NCBI GenBank assembly: GCA_030141605.1
Contig: JAQGDQ010000279.1
Span: forward strand, 1-64,000
Origin: Tubiluchus corallicola
Lineage: Eukaryota; Animalia; Priapulida
Reading direction: 5' to 3'
Length of the DNA: 64,000 bases
The notes beneath the pieces were generated by a model. It was not told the origin of the DNA and did not search any database. It worked only from the letters and a program-made list of their open reading frames with translations. Of the stretch, positions 1-13,029 are shown in pieces (within the stretch, counting starts at the first letter, position 1; each line of letters starts with the position of its first letter). A program made the position numbers and the translations under genes.

Positions 1-2
1 AA

Positions 3-3000
3 GAAGCTATTGCCCATCTAATTGGTGTTCCTATTCAGCAAACTACACAGTCCGCTTTGCAAGCTGATGGGGTTACACCATTGGACATCATAGGTGAAAC
101 ACGCATAACCGTTACTCGAAATGCTCACAATCTCTGTTTAGAAGCCCTAGTAGTGCGTAATTTGGATGTTGATATCTTGGCTGGAACTCCTTTCCTCATA
201 GCTAACGATATCTCAGTTCGTCCCGCTCGGAAAGAAGTTTGCATAAAAGGCTCAGACACTGCTAAATATGATATTCCCCCTGCCAACACCTCCAAAAGTA
301 GTATTTGCTATGCCCATGTTCTGCGTGCACCCTCAACTCCTACTATGATCTGGCCTGGCGAGTACTTAGAGTTATCAGTCCCCTCTTCTGTGGACCCTGA
401 CAGCCCTTTAGCCGTAGAGCCTCATACCGACTATGCCAAAACCACCTCACTATGGCCTCAACCTGACATAATTGAAGCTGTAGCAGGAAAAATCCGCATA
501 CCAAATATTTCTTCTGATCCACTTACAATACCCAAACACGCACACATTTGCAAGACCTATTCGGTAACTAGTTCCAAACTTACTACTAATAGCCAGGATT
601 CCCAAAACCTACCCCAGGCTCAAATGCATAACGCCAAGCAGAACCCACCAGTTTGTTACTCAGATGCCGTCACTGTTGACCCAGATAACATCCTAAGCCC
701 GCAATCTCGTGCCAACTTCAAGAAGCTACTACAAGACTATGATGGCATTTTTAGCCCCAATATCAGTGGATACAATGGTGCTGCTGGCAAGTTCGCATCC
801 AAAGTCAATATGGGTCCCGTACAGCCCCCACAGCGCACGGGCAGAGTACCTCAATACTCACGAGATAAACTCATAGAGCTGCAAGCAAAGTTTGATGAGC
901 TTGAAGCACAGGGTGTAGTCCGTCGCCCTGAAGATGTTAATGTTACTGTCGAATACCTAAACCCCTCATTCTTAGTCAAAAAGCGCAGAGGTGGTCATCG
1001 TCTTGTAACAGCCTTTTCAGATGTTGGCAGATATAGCAAGCCCCAGCCATCTTTAATGCCTGATGCCAACACTATCCTACAAACTATCGCCCGTTGGCGT
1101 TACATCATTGTATCTGACCTAACTGATGCTTTCTATCAGATTCCATTAGAACATTCTTCTATGAAATATTGTGGGGTAGCTACTCCATTCCGTGGCATCA
1201 GAGTGTACACCAGATGTGCCATGGGCATGCCTGGTTCTGAAACGGCACTAGAAGAATTAATGTGTCGGATCCTCGGTGACTCTCTCCAAGATGGCTTTGT
1301 TTCTAAATTAGCAGATGACCTCTATTGTGGAGGTGATACCCCTGAAGAACTCTTGGACAATTGGCATCGGGTTCTTGACGCTCTTCACAAGTCTAACATC
1401 CACTTATCTCCCACAAAGACTATCATCTGTCCAAAGTCAACCACCATACTAGGATGGATTTGGACACAAGGCAACATTGCCGCTAGCCCTCACCGCATAG
1501 CCACCTTATCAACATGCCCTGCACCAGATACAGTCCATGGTCTTCGATCATTTATTGGTGCATATAAAGTACTTGGACGTGTCTTACCTGGCTGTTCCCT
1601 TGTGTTAGCCCCTCTAGAGGATGCCATCGCTGGACTGCAGTCACGTGACAAGCTGCAGTGGACCGATGAATTACACCACCATTTTGCCGCTGCCCAAAAG
1701 GCTCTATCTATGCACAAACCCATTATTTTACCAGTACCTTCAGATCAGCTGTGGATAGTAACTGATGGATCTGTCACTAAAAGGGGAATTGGTGCTACTT
1801 TGTATGTTACCCGCAATTCCAAATTATTTCTTGCCGGATTCTTCAGTGCCAAGTTACGCAAACACCAGGTTACATGGTTACCTTGTGAGGTAGAAGCCTT
1901 GTGCATTGCTGCTGCTGTCAAACATTTTAGTCCTTTTATTATACAGTCGACTTCTCACCCCTGCGTACTAACGGACAGCAAACCATGTGTTCAAGCTATA
2001 GAAAAGCTTTGTAGAGGCGAATTTTCCGCCAGTCCTCGTGTCACGTCATTTTTATCCACCGTAAGCCGCTACCAGGTAACTGTCCGGCACCTCTCAGGAA
2101 ATGCCAATATTCCTTCGGATTTTGCAAGCAGAAATGCACCTGAGTGCAACGAACCACATTGTCAGATCTGCTCATTTATCATACAGACCGAAGATTCTGT
2201 TGTCCGTTCCGCCTCAGTGCAGGACATCATCAATTGTACTGCTCCATTGCCCTGTACCACCAGATCAGCATGGAGGGACATCCAGTCTGGCTGTCCAGAT
2301 TTGCGTCGCACTCATGCCCACCTTCGGCAAGGAACGCGTCCGTCAAAGAAATGCACTAACATCAAAGATGTTAAAAGGGACCTCAATGCCGCTACAATTG
2401 CTAAGGATGGCTTATTGGTTGTGCGTCGTCATGAGCCATTGCACCCTTCCATGGAGCTCATCGTGGTTCCACGTTCTGTTCTGGAAGGCCTTCTCACAGC
2501 TCTTCACATAAAGCTTAGTCACCCTACAAAGCTTCAGCTCGTTGCCAGGCGCCACTTCTTTGCTTTAGACATGTCAAAGTCCATTGATCGAGTTACTGAC
2601 TCATGCCACATGTGCTCGTCTCTGAAAAAGTTTCCCCAAAGTCTTATTAGCCAGTCATCTGATTCTCCTCCCAATGCTGTTGGTCTGTCCTTTGCTGCGG
2701 ACATTCTTAAACGTCATCGCCAACTTATCCTAGTAGTGCGAGAAACATCCACTTCTTATACGAATGCATGCATCGTGCCAGATGAAACAAGCGACACCTT
2801 TCGTGAAGCTCTTGCTTGCCTTTGCTTAGATCTTCACCCTCCAGATGGCCCTCCTGCAGTAGTCAGAGTGGATCCTGCTCCTGGCTTTCGTGCTCTTTCC
2901 AATGACAGCACTCTTCTGCAACTTGGTCTTTCTCTGGAAATTGGACGTATCAAAAATCCAAATAAGAACCCAGTTGCAGAGCGTGCGATCCAGGAATTGG

Positions 3001-3278
3001 AAGAAGAACTTTTGCGCCACGAACCTGGAGGTGGACCCGTATCCCGTTTAGGTTTGTCTATGGCTCTCGCTCGCCTAAATTCTCGCATCCGCCATGGCGG
3101 TTTGTCCTCCCGGGAGTTATGGACACAGCGCGACCAGTTCTCTCATGATCAGCTACCCATTTCTGACAGAGATACTATCATATCCCAACACATGCAGCGC
3201 CAGGCCAATCACTCACACAGCGAATCCTCTAAATGTCCCAGTAGACGAAATCCTAATCACCCTGTTATCAATATATGA
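3..3278 (+). mobile_element. Ty3/Gypsy LTR retrotransposon pol polyprotein (protease C-terminal part, RT, RNase H, integrase); runs off the window at the 5' end and is 3'-truncated
   Basis: The frame is open from position 3. RT motifs are NPSFLVKK, DLTDAFYQI, AMGMPGS, LADD and ILGW. RNase H residues are TDGS, EVEAL, TDSKP and SDFASR. The integrase has HHCC (HIKLSH...CHMC) and D,D35E (FAAD, RVDPAPGF, 35 residues to VAE). Integrase after RNase H is the Gypsy order. Confidence 0.95.
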
Positions 3279-3639
3279 GAAACAATGAAGAAATTTTGCA
3301 TTGAGCTATATACATAGAGGCCAGAGCCGTGCCGTTTTAGCTGAGCTCCAGCCGGTTTACTTCTGCAGTCGACCTAACCGATAAGAAACCGAGCTTTAGT
3401 CGCGCCAGCCACTCAGTGATGGGAGTCGAGCTAGCCGACATTTTTGCTGGTTGCGAAGATTTTCGCTGTTGCAGACAAGTCACTGGCATAGCAGTGTCTA
3501 GCTTTTTGCTGGATTACTGCTGTGTTTACCTGTCTCAAGGGCAGAAATCTTTTATTTTAGAATTCTGCTTACCCAATGTCTACAATTGACATAGCAGGCA
3601 TATAATGATGATGAAATCACTGGTTGAAATATGTTAAAC

Positions 3640-4635
3640 TAGTGGCTCCCAACCAGGGGTACGCGTACCCCCTGGGGGTACGCAACAGCAATGCCAGGGG
3701 TACGCAGAAGGTGTGTCAGATCGACACATTTTTTCTTTCTGTAGCCGTTGAAAAGGGTAAAATACACGGGCAAAATATTTGGCAGACATTTTTTCTGTCT
3801 TGAATGAGTTGAATATTTCAATTCAAGGAAACAACATGAACATTGTCGAGGCTCACGAAAAATTATCAGGTTTCTTGAAGAAGCTTCCAATTTGGATTCG
3901 ACGAGTTGAGAGCGGCGTACTAACGAACTTCCCAACTTTAGAAAAACTTGTTACAACACAAGGCGAACTCCCAAACGCATTACAAGCTGACATTGGAGCC
4001 CATTTGAAAGTTCTTCAAGAACCTTTTGCTTCTGACGTTGATGAACTGCCAGATGATGATGCGAGCAAAGAACTTCTGATTGAATTGCAAGCATGTGAAG
4101 TTGAGAAGATGAAGTTCAAGACCACGTCACTAGAGAAGTTCTGGACACAGCTAAGTGCAGACTTCAATGGACTGAAAATTGCGGCTTTCGAGGTGTTGGT
4201 TCCATTTGTGACAACATACAAATGTGAGCTAGGCTTCAGTGCAATGCTACATTTGAAGACGAAGGCAAGAAACCGTTTGGATTTGAGGAGCGACATGCGA
4301 GTTGCAATATCAACAATTAAACCTGATATCAAAAAACTTGTTGATAATCATCAAGAACAGCATGCACATTAATTATGACTGCTGTGAAGATCGCGTTTCC
4401 TTGTATTGATGTTTTCATATTCGAGAAAGTTGTTTAAATTACGTATTTCTTAATAATCAGTGATAAAATTCATGTTTTCAAAAATAGTTAAAATAAAAAA
4501 TTGTCGATAATATTAATCGTTGTTTTCTGAAAACTGGTTTTTCAAACGATTTGTTGAAAAATATCAGGTGGGGGTACGCTGAAGATCGCCACATTTAGAA
4601 GGGGTACTTGGCAAGGAAAAGGTTGGGAACCACTG
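3640..4635 (+). mobile_element. Internally deleted hAT DNA transposon (Charlie/Buster-like), 996 bp
   Basis: 15-bp TIRs TAGTGGCTCCCAACC (3640-3654) and GGTTGGGAACCACTG (4621-4635), with a perfect 8-bp TSD TGTTAAAC (3632-3639 and 4636-4643). Subterminal GGGGTAC motifs occur at both ends. Confidence 0.95.
3779..4372 (+). pseudogene. hAT transposase C-terminal fragment (dimerisation region)
   Basis: LADIFSVLNELNISIQG and PFVTTYKCELGFSAMLHLKTKARNRL are typical of Buster/ZBED5-like transposases. The N-terminal BED and most of the catalytic region are absent. Confidence 0.88.
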
Positions 4636-5244
4636 TGTTAAACGAAATATGGTATAGCATTGCGGATTCAGAGGCAGATTGTGCATGTGCTGACAGAGAT
4701 ACTAAATTTTAGAAATTTTTGAACAATCAAGCAGTCCATTCAAAATTAAATACACAAATATGCAACGTTGGTCGCTTGTATGGATCATATTATTATTATA
4801 TGAAATAAATTATATTTGCAATAAATCCATTTTTTTCTGCGTATAAGCAGCACGAATTATTTAAAAAAATTGCTCTCCATAATTTAACAGTTAACTAACA
4901 GTTTATCATTTATTTAGTTAATTTGTAGCTTTAACTGACTCAGCTGATTTACTGTGTGAGTCAGCTGATGTAGTAGCAACTGACAGCTTCAGCCTCTGTA
5001 CAATCTTAGTCAACTGGTGCAGGTGTACTTTGTTGTAAATTATAGTGATTGGAAACTAGATGCTTAACATAACTGTAATCCATGAAAATTATAAAACAAA
5101 AATATATTATCTTAGAGACTCTACACTGAATCACCGAGGGCCTTCAGTGCAAAACAGGTTGCGCTGCCTTTATAAACGTATCTGAACCAGATTCAGATTC
5201 TTTTCTGAGCTTTAATTTTTTCAAAATTTTGAAATTACACTTCA

Positions 5245-5756
5245 GTCAAGAGTGTCTGTGTGAAGTCTTTTAAGTAACATTTATACTGTGTTGCTGTACT
5301 GTGACTTCTTATTTAAAGCTGTCTTGTTGTGCACAGAACTTGCATTAGCAGTAATGCTGTATAAAACTCGTAAATTTAAACTCCCATGATACCTGCTAGA
5401 CGCATCATTTTAACAGTATGTCGTATGAAATCAGTTTAAATGACAGTGTATGAAGTTTGGAAGAATAATCAGAGCATTGATAACACAATCTTCACTAACT
5501 GAGCAAATGTATAAATTACATATATATTATCAGTAAGATCGAAAATGTGCTTTTTGGTGAATCAGTAGTGCACACTGGGCTGGAGATGCAATGCCGTTCT
5601 ATCAGGCGGGGTAAATATTTTAAATTATTAATAATTTTCCTTTCCAATTACATAAGTCTTTTAAACAGTCTTTTAAAGTATAATGCCAAGTAATCAAATT
5701 TTAATTGGAAGGTTCTTTGCGATATGTACTTTTAATTTCCTTTTCTTGCCATTTAA
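5245..5756 (-). mobile_element. Copy of a ~450-bp TTAA-flanked non-autonomous element (family R1, Kolobok-like ends)
   Basis: The reverse complement aligns by eye with the copies at 30615, 44491, 47446, 47802 and 54541 (shared blocks such as ACTGATTCACCAAAAAGCACATT, GCTCTGATTATT, GTTTAAATTTAC). The left boundary is approximate. Confidence 0.75.
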
Positions 5757-6974
5757 CAAAGTATTGCGTACAAAGCACTTAAAAACTTAATTACATTATT
5801 TTTTGGCAAATTCCTGAATATTCAGCTTTCGTTAGCTTTACTTTACGCAGCAGCAAGAACTTAATACTGTTTCTCTTGTTAAATTGTACGGTGTATGTAA
5901 CAAACTTGGATAACACGACATAATAATTTTGATGCATATTGATAAATTGCGTTTATATATCCTTAACCCTGCAAGTAACCTGATCTTTAACCTTCACAAC
6001 ATACACATTGTACGTCGTTAATCCCCCAGCACTCACAGGTAAGCTTACCTGGCATTCTAATAATAGCAATAATCACTCAACTGTAGGTGTACACACTCAC
6101 TGCAGACATAAACTTTGAACTTATAAATAACCTGCTCTTATAGCTCTCATAATTTACTCTTCAGTGGAGTTTTTTGTGATAGTGAGTGTACTCTTGTAAG
6201 AACTTTCTTTAGCAAAGCATTAAACATGTAAGGTAGTCAGAAATGTCGCTACATTTGCTTGTCAACTCACTTTCCTAGTTATTTATTTCCTGAGACAAGT
6301 TTGAGAATTTGTTCTAAATGCCAAACTCAGACCTGTGATACTCCTGGTAGAGTTTTCCCTGGTTAACTAATGCAAATAAAAATCCTTCTTAACACCATTT
6401 CAACATTGAGTTGGGTAAAATATTTACTAAACTAACCAACTGAGTCTCTCCCAAAAACCTAAAGAAAAGCATTCGTCTTAACATAGGTCAGGTCAGCTAA
6501 GCTCAACGTCAAACATGCGCCTAGCATTCACTCTGATACCACATACACATCTCACACATTAGGCACATTTTAAATCTGTGCACATGCATAAAATTTCAAT
6601 TCACACGCAATTCTGCAATTTCACACGCAAGTTTCTTCCTTTGCGGTCAATACATTCCACAACACAATTAATAGTAGTAGTTCTATTATCAGTAGTACAG
6701 TAGCATTCGTGAGTCTCAAAATACATGTATATTACACTAAAGAGTATTACAATTATCGAGAATTAAGTACTTTTGGGTGCTATTGAGCTTTTATTATATG
6801 TACAAAAGAATATATTTATATATATACCATGGTAAACTGGGGCATAAATTGCTGCCCCCCTTGGACCCCTACCAGTGATCCTTGGCCTTTCTACGTTTTG
6901 CCTCATTTTTACTTCAAATTGTTGGCAGATATACGTAATGTGTTTAACATGTAGCCTATTTTGCTTGTATTTAG

Positions 6975-9900
6975 AACTGTTGGAAGGGTCAGAGTTAAGC
7001 TGCACATATGGGACACAGCGGGTCAAGAACGTTTTCGTTCTATGGTAAGTAAAAACATCCACATATTCTTGCATTTTGGGGATGTTGCACCTTAAACATT
7101 TGATACTTTTTCAATGTGAAAAACCAGCTTAATATTTCTATAATAAAGGATTGATGTTAGCAAAAAAGTACAATAACGTCATTATTAATCTATGCATGTA
7201 AAAGTGCATTTTACATTACTGTAAAACATTTTTGAAATTCAACATGTACTTAGAGATTGTTAACCTAATCTGCAAGCACACTGACATGGCCACAGGCAAA
7301 CATCATAGCAAAATATTTGCTGTCAGTCGCTGAGTTTATAGTGTTGATATTATTAGTATTCGATGCATGTTTGCAATAGTACAATTACTTTAGCTAAGAT
7401 AGCTTTTCTTTCGCTTCAGTAAGCAACTAGGAAACCTATTCCTGATTTTGGAAACCTACCTCACGGTTATGAAGAAATGAAATGAAACGGCAAAAGGTTT
7501 CAGATAAAATATTGTTAAAAATACATTCATACTTTTTTGTAAATAAACTTTAGACTATGTAATAATATAAACTCATTTGAACTCATTACCAGTTACACAA
7601 ACAAAGCAGACAAATGGAGACATTGTTAGAAAATTGAAACTGCGCAGCTGAAGTAGTAGTCTGTGATATCACAATATCTTATGTAACATGCCCTCCGATT
7701 AAGTATTTATGGAATACTATCTGTAAACTGTATAATAGTTTAAAAGCAGCTTCGGTCAGTCAGTCTGTCAGCTTTGACATTTTTGCATTAAGAATTGAGC
7801 ATCAGAAATAAAGCTTGATCTTGTACAGATAAATATTCCCTGTTGGTAAAAGTCATGAGCAAAAATTGCCATTGAAGGACTTGTTTTAATTATTTATGCT
7901 GTCGCCCTAGTGAAAATCATAAAAGCATCAATATCCTAAGTAAAAATGCTTAACCTACTGTGAGTTTCCATCAGGTGTAATTCGGAACAGGTTTGAATTT
8001 ATTAGCACTAATTATTAATTACCGATAAAACTCTCTGTCGAGGACCTGTTATTGCAATTTCAATCTCTTTTCCAGGCGCCCATGTATTATAAAAGGTCAA
8101 ATGCTGCAGTGTTAGTTTATGATATTACCAGCTACGCAAGTTTTTTAGATATCAAGTCATGGATAGACGGTGAGTAGTTTCTAGATATTTTCTACCATTC
8201 ACTGGTTTAATAGCATCAGACTTTGTCATTGGAGACAGTGATTGCTGTAATTGTAGTTTGTGAAACACGATGGTTTGCTTTTCTACTCTTCACATCGTGT
8301 TTTCATCTTAGGTAGTTAACCTCGTTCTTGTATGCGCATATACTCCTACATCGAGGTAAATTAACTAAATTAGCTATAGTCATTTATCCATTTACTGACC
8401 AGGTTTAGTGTTGCTCAACTCTTGGTTGCAAAACATACACAGTCACTTGTTCCGTTCACTCCCAGTCCTTGCAGCTAGCCTCAAATGTGCTTATTTAATG
8501 TTGTAAATTAATGAACATATAAATGCAGTTGCACTGTAGAACGGATTCAAAGGCTTATACAAATTCAGTTACCCCGTAAAGTGCCTGACTATTTTTTTCA
8601 ATTGTTCAATTGAATGCGAAACTTACTATAAGTAATAACTGTTTTTTTTATTTTTACTTGAATATGAAAACACTGTCTTTATATTTAAAAATGTGTTATT
8701 TAAACGAAGCACATTATCAGTGTGCTTTAAACCTGTGCCACAAATGAACACTATCACTTTGTTCAAGTAATCATAATATAACTATTGAATGTGAATTATT
8801 GAGCTCAACATTAATTATTTTCACACATTAAAGTGAATTTAATGTCGGCTATTCATCTTTTGTTTTGCAGAACTGAACACGTATGCTGACAATCCTCTAG
8901 TCCTCTGCGTTCTTGGAAACAAGTCTGATTTACACTTGCTGAGAGAGGTCGACGAAGCGGAAGCTCGCGAGTACGCAAACAACATGGGTGCCATCTTTCA
9001 TGAAACGTCTGCCTTGTCCAGTGAAGGTAAATAAAGCTAGCATGTAATTAAGCAAGCTTTTGAAGTGTAAAATGTACACAGAATGTTTTCCTTTAGTTCA
9101 GCTACCTCAAGATGTCACTTTTTAGGTACAGCAAGTAGTTACTTTGCTTTTGTAGTTACCTTTACAATAGTCACTTAGGCAAGTTACAATAACTGTGGTA
9201 GGCTTTTCCTCATTTTACTCAGGCTGTGTATAGAGGTGCGCAGATTGTCGAATTTACCAGTTAACCGCCAACCCGATTATTTAAAAATTTGTAAACCATT
9301 TTGTTAAATCCTGTTTTTTTGTGTCTAAGTTTATGTAGCATGTAAATAAAATGTTAATTCAGTAATGAAACTTGATTTTAAATAACTGATAAGAACGCTT
9401 TAATAACTCTTTTTTTGCTTACTCAACTCTCATCATCTGTTTTTAATTTAAAAATGCTCCACACTCTACTGGGTTAGTTTGTTGCTATCTTTACTAAAAG
9501 CTTAACAGATTAATGGCAAAACATGCTAATAGACGGCGGTTGAAACGAAGCTTGTGCAATGCCTTTGTTTTCAACGGGCACTGTGTGTATATTAAAAAGA
9601 TTTCTGCTATCCCCGTTTCGTGTCACTTGCCAATAGCTGCGAAAAGGATAAAAAAATTTCGTTTGTTTAATTTATTAATTATTGTATTTTTTACCAGGCT
9701 TCTCAGTGGAATATTTCTAATATTTTTAGGCTAGATATTGCTTACAACAAACACCCGATATTCGCAAAACCAATCAAATCATAGTTATGTCACATTTTGC
9801 TTTGAATTTGGACAATTGATCTATTTGTATATTAATTTGTTCTCAGTTAAATAAGTTCTATAAATATTAGAAAATTTCGAGTGACTAACATGTATAGATT

Positions 9901-10736
9901 TGAGGTGGAGTAAGAAGATAAGAAGTTGTATTTTCAGTACCAACCGTAGATTTGAATGCTGTGTTTGCACAGCAGTGAGACTGTTAGCTTGGATATCGAA
10001 CAATACTTCAAAAGTGAGTCAGGATTGTTTTTGCTATACAATTGTATTACGAAACGGCATCCATTCTTGCCTCACCTTTTGCTTGATCTCTCTTTCTGCA
10101 TACACTGGGCATTTGTATCTATGGTTTCAACAGACTTGTTATCTTTAGTGCAATTAAATTAATTTCTGTTGATACCATAGCCTGTTTGTTAGAAAAATGC
10201 TCTTTATCAAGAAATGCAAATGAAAAAATATATTACTTAAACGCTTGCTCTTAAGAATAAGAGTTGTCAGGTAATGTTTGTTATTTATATGCTATTGTGT
10301 GGTGTGCTTGCAACTGTTTGATATAGCTTCCGGTCAAATCGGTCAAATCTCTTTATACCACCTATTTTAGGACTGGAAAAAAAGTTGGCAATAAGTGAGT
10401 TTGGCATCGTATGTCTAGTAAATATTACAAGTTGGCTTTGTAACGTTGTTTCACTGTACTTACATAGTTGCTGTTTGTGGCACATAAAAACAACTTCAAG
10501 AAAACAGTAACCTTAAAACTACCTTGAAACTTTTGTTTTCTTTTGCAGGTGTTGATGATGCATTTGCAGAGATTGCGTACCGGTTGACTCAGTTTACTGA
10601 TAGTCTTCTCCGACTTGACTCCACTGTCACGCCACCTGACATAACAAAGCTGAATGACGTGATTCATGAAGTGATTGGCCATAATGAGATGAACAGTATA
10701 CCAGAAGTTGAACCGGAGGGATCAAAATGCTGTTAA
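6975..10736 (+). CDS. Rab GTPase of the Rab5/22/31 group, most similar to RabX1-type proteins; 5' exons (G1/G2) not found in the window
   Basis: Exons: 6975-7044 (KLHIWDTAGQERFRSM), 8076-8169 (APMYYKRSNAAVLVYDIT), 8871-9026 (VLGNKSDL...HETSALS), 10549-10736 (ends SKCC*, a geranylgeranylation motif). All introns are GT-AG and phases are consistent. Confidence 0.92.
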
Positions 10737-11959
10737 CAGAACTCCACAGTGATTTTATTAGTGTGTGTTATTATTTAAATTCGGTGACCACATGAGTTTT
10801 AGATGATAGCAGCAGCTGTCTTGTTTTCTGCATGCAAACTAATTCATGCTGCAGCTGGGTTGTGATTGCAGCTGTGCTTGAATGTGCAGCTTTCTACATT
10901 GTATCTGTGTGCTGTACCTGTGATTGAGTAAAATCCTGTGGAGATGTCACGCATGCTTTCCTTCTCGGGGGAAATAATTCACGCAGAATCGTGCTTGTCA
11001 CGTGTTGTGTTACTGAACTTGTCATGTACAACTAATGGGTGATGTTGTTTTGACATGTTTCTGTATATTTTGGTCTTCACCATATGATGTTTAAGGGGCG
11101 TGAAATATTTTAGTTAAACCTGACTAGTTTTCTAAGTCCTTTCATAAAAATGATATTATTTGCTGATATGATTTTAGACTGGCATCTCCTCGTCGATTTA
11201 GGACCTACAGAACTTACGAATGTTCGACTTTACGACCCGAGCGCAACTTAATTAAATATATTGTGCTAACTGTCACTCATGTTTCTTTCTATTGTTGAAA
11301 CGAACTAATTTTAAATCACTGTCTGCTTTGATAAATTTGTCCACAGATGCCGCCATAATTAATGCGCATGCACGCAACACCTTACGTGTAGAAGCTTACT
11401 GGTTGAACATAATGATCCGACTTGCATCCAATTCGTCTTACAACCAATCTGCCAAACCGACTGCACTGATAATTCGACAACTACTTGTTCATATCAACCA
11501 CTGCAGCTTCACTGGTAACTGTATGTAGTTGAATTACGTTAACTTTGGTAATAATCTGAACAGTATTTTTGCTTTGTTGAATTTGTACACACTAATCAAA
11601 ATTCTATAGTTTCTGTATGGAAAATTAGGATAATGTTTAGACATAATTATGTTGAGTGAGGTGCTAGACTTGTCGCTGTTTTTATCCTTTGGGTTCGTAT
11701 ACAAGTAGGGTTAGCCATGCAATTAGCGTGCTACGATGAATGTCTAATGTAAGTCAGCATGTAAATATTAAAACCATCGATTAATCTCTTAATTTTTGAG
11801 GGTGAGGAATTGCTAAGTGGCCACTGTATGTGCTTAGTGATTACAGTTAGGCAGCACTGGATCGGCTTAGCAAATTAACTGACAGGCAATCCACTTTGTG
11901 TCTAGGCAATACTTTTCTTATTAAGGTAGTGTCTAGGAGTAAGAATTCTCCACCAGAAA

Positions 11960-12310
11960 ACAAGTTCGAAGCGAAGCGAGTTTTTGACTCTCAAATTCAA
12001 ACTGAATTCAAGGTTTCTAATCGGAATCGAATTCGCTTTTAAAGATTGTTGAATAAATTTTCGAATCATTAATAAAAAACAGTCTCACAAACATATGCAT
12101 GTTGCTTGATTTTGTACTGCAGTAAAAAACATCGATATCTTGTTTAAAGATTGTGCACAGAAATAGCAGCTAAATTATGCTGCTTCAAACGTTTTAATGA
12201 TAAAGAAGGTATGTAGTTCAAGTGGCGAATTATTCGAATGTATAATTTTTAGGGTCGAATCGAACTCGAATTAAAAGAGCTCATTCAAATGTTTGATGCT
12301 CACCCCTAGT
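11960..12310. mobile_element. TTCGAA-rich hAT-like MITE (family R2)
   Basis: Ends in GCTCACCCCTAG, has clustered (T)TCGAA motifs at both ends, and is similar along its length to 49470-50102 and 57700-58037. Confidence 0.7.
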
Positions 12311-13029
12311 AACTTGTATACAGATCAGAATGTGACTGAGACACAGGTACTAGTTCATTGCTTTACCTTTAGAGAATTACCTCTAACGAAGAACTAGAGT
12401 CCAGTCCAGTCACATTCGGCGTAGTAACCAAGCTCTCCCACTGACTGCTGAATCACAGAATTGTAAAAACTTGAAAAAAAACTAATTCGTTGCAAGCTGT
12501 TAATGCACTTGTAAGAGGTTACTAGCCGATCTTCAATTCTCACTAGTAACGTATGTCCTGCAAGTCTGGAAATCATTTTACTTTCCGACATGCTCTTATA
12601 ACTGTGTACAATTAATTGCATGTTTTTTAATTATGAAGGTCCAATTTGTATGTTTAATGATAATCTTTGTATAGTGAATTTAAAAATACTTTTTATATAC
12701 ACTTGTTTATAGTTGTGACTAACTGTGAAATCATAATCAGTGGTAACTACAATTGTCTGTAGACTTGCAAATAGTGCCCCGGTCTGCAGAACAATGTGCA
12801 CGGTGCTGTTTTACTTCTGTTGCACAGTGATGTGCAGGCAGCTAATGTTTTTTGTGTCCTTTGCTTCAAGACTTTGCTTCAAGAGTTTATTCATTTCCAC
12901 ATTGCATCTTACAATTGTTAAAATACACATAATTATCCATTTTGGTTAATATAAATATAAATAAATGCAGTATTATCGAGAAATTACAAAATGGAGCATA
13001 TACATGTGCAAATTACATTACAGAATAAT

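Noticed and set aside
1490-3288. Small overlapping ORFs within the Gypsy pol
   Set aside because: Alternative-frame and antisense shadows of a long coding region, with no recognisable motifs.
3419-3589. Short ORF (MGVELADIFAG...) as the missing Rab first exon
   Set aside because: No P-loop or switch-I motif and no suitable donor.
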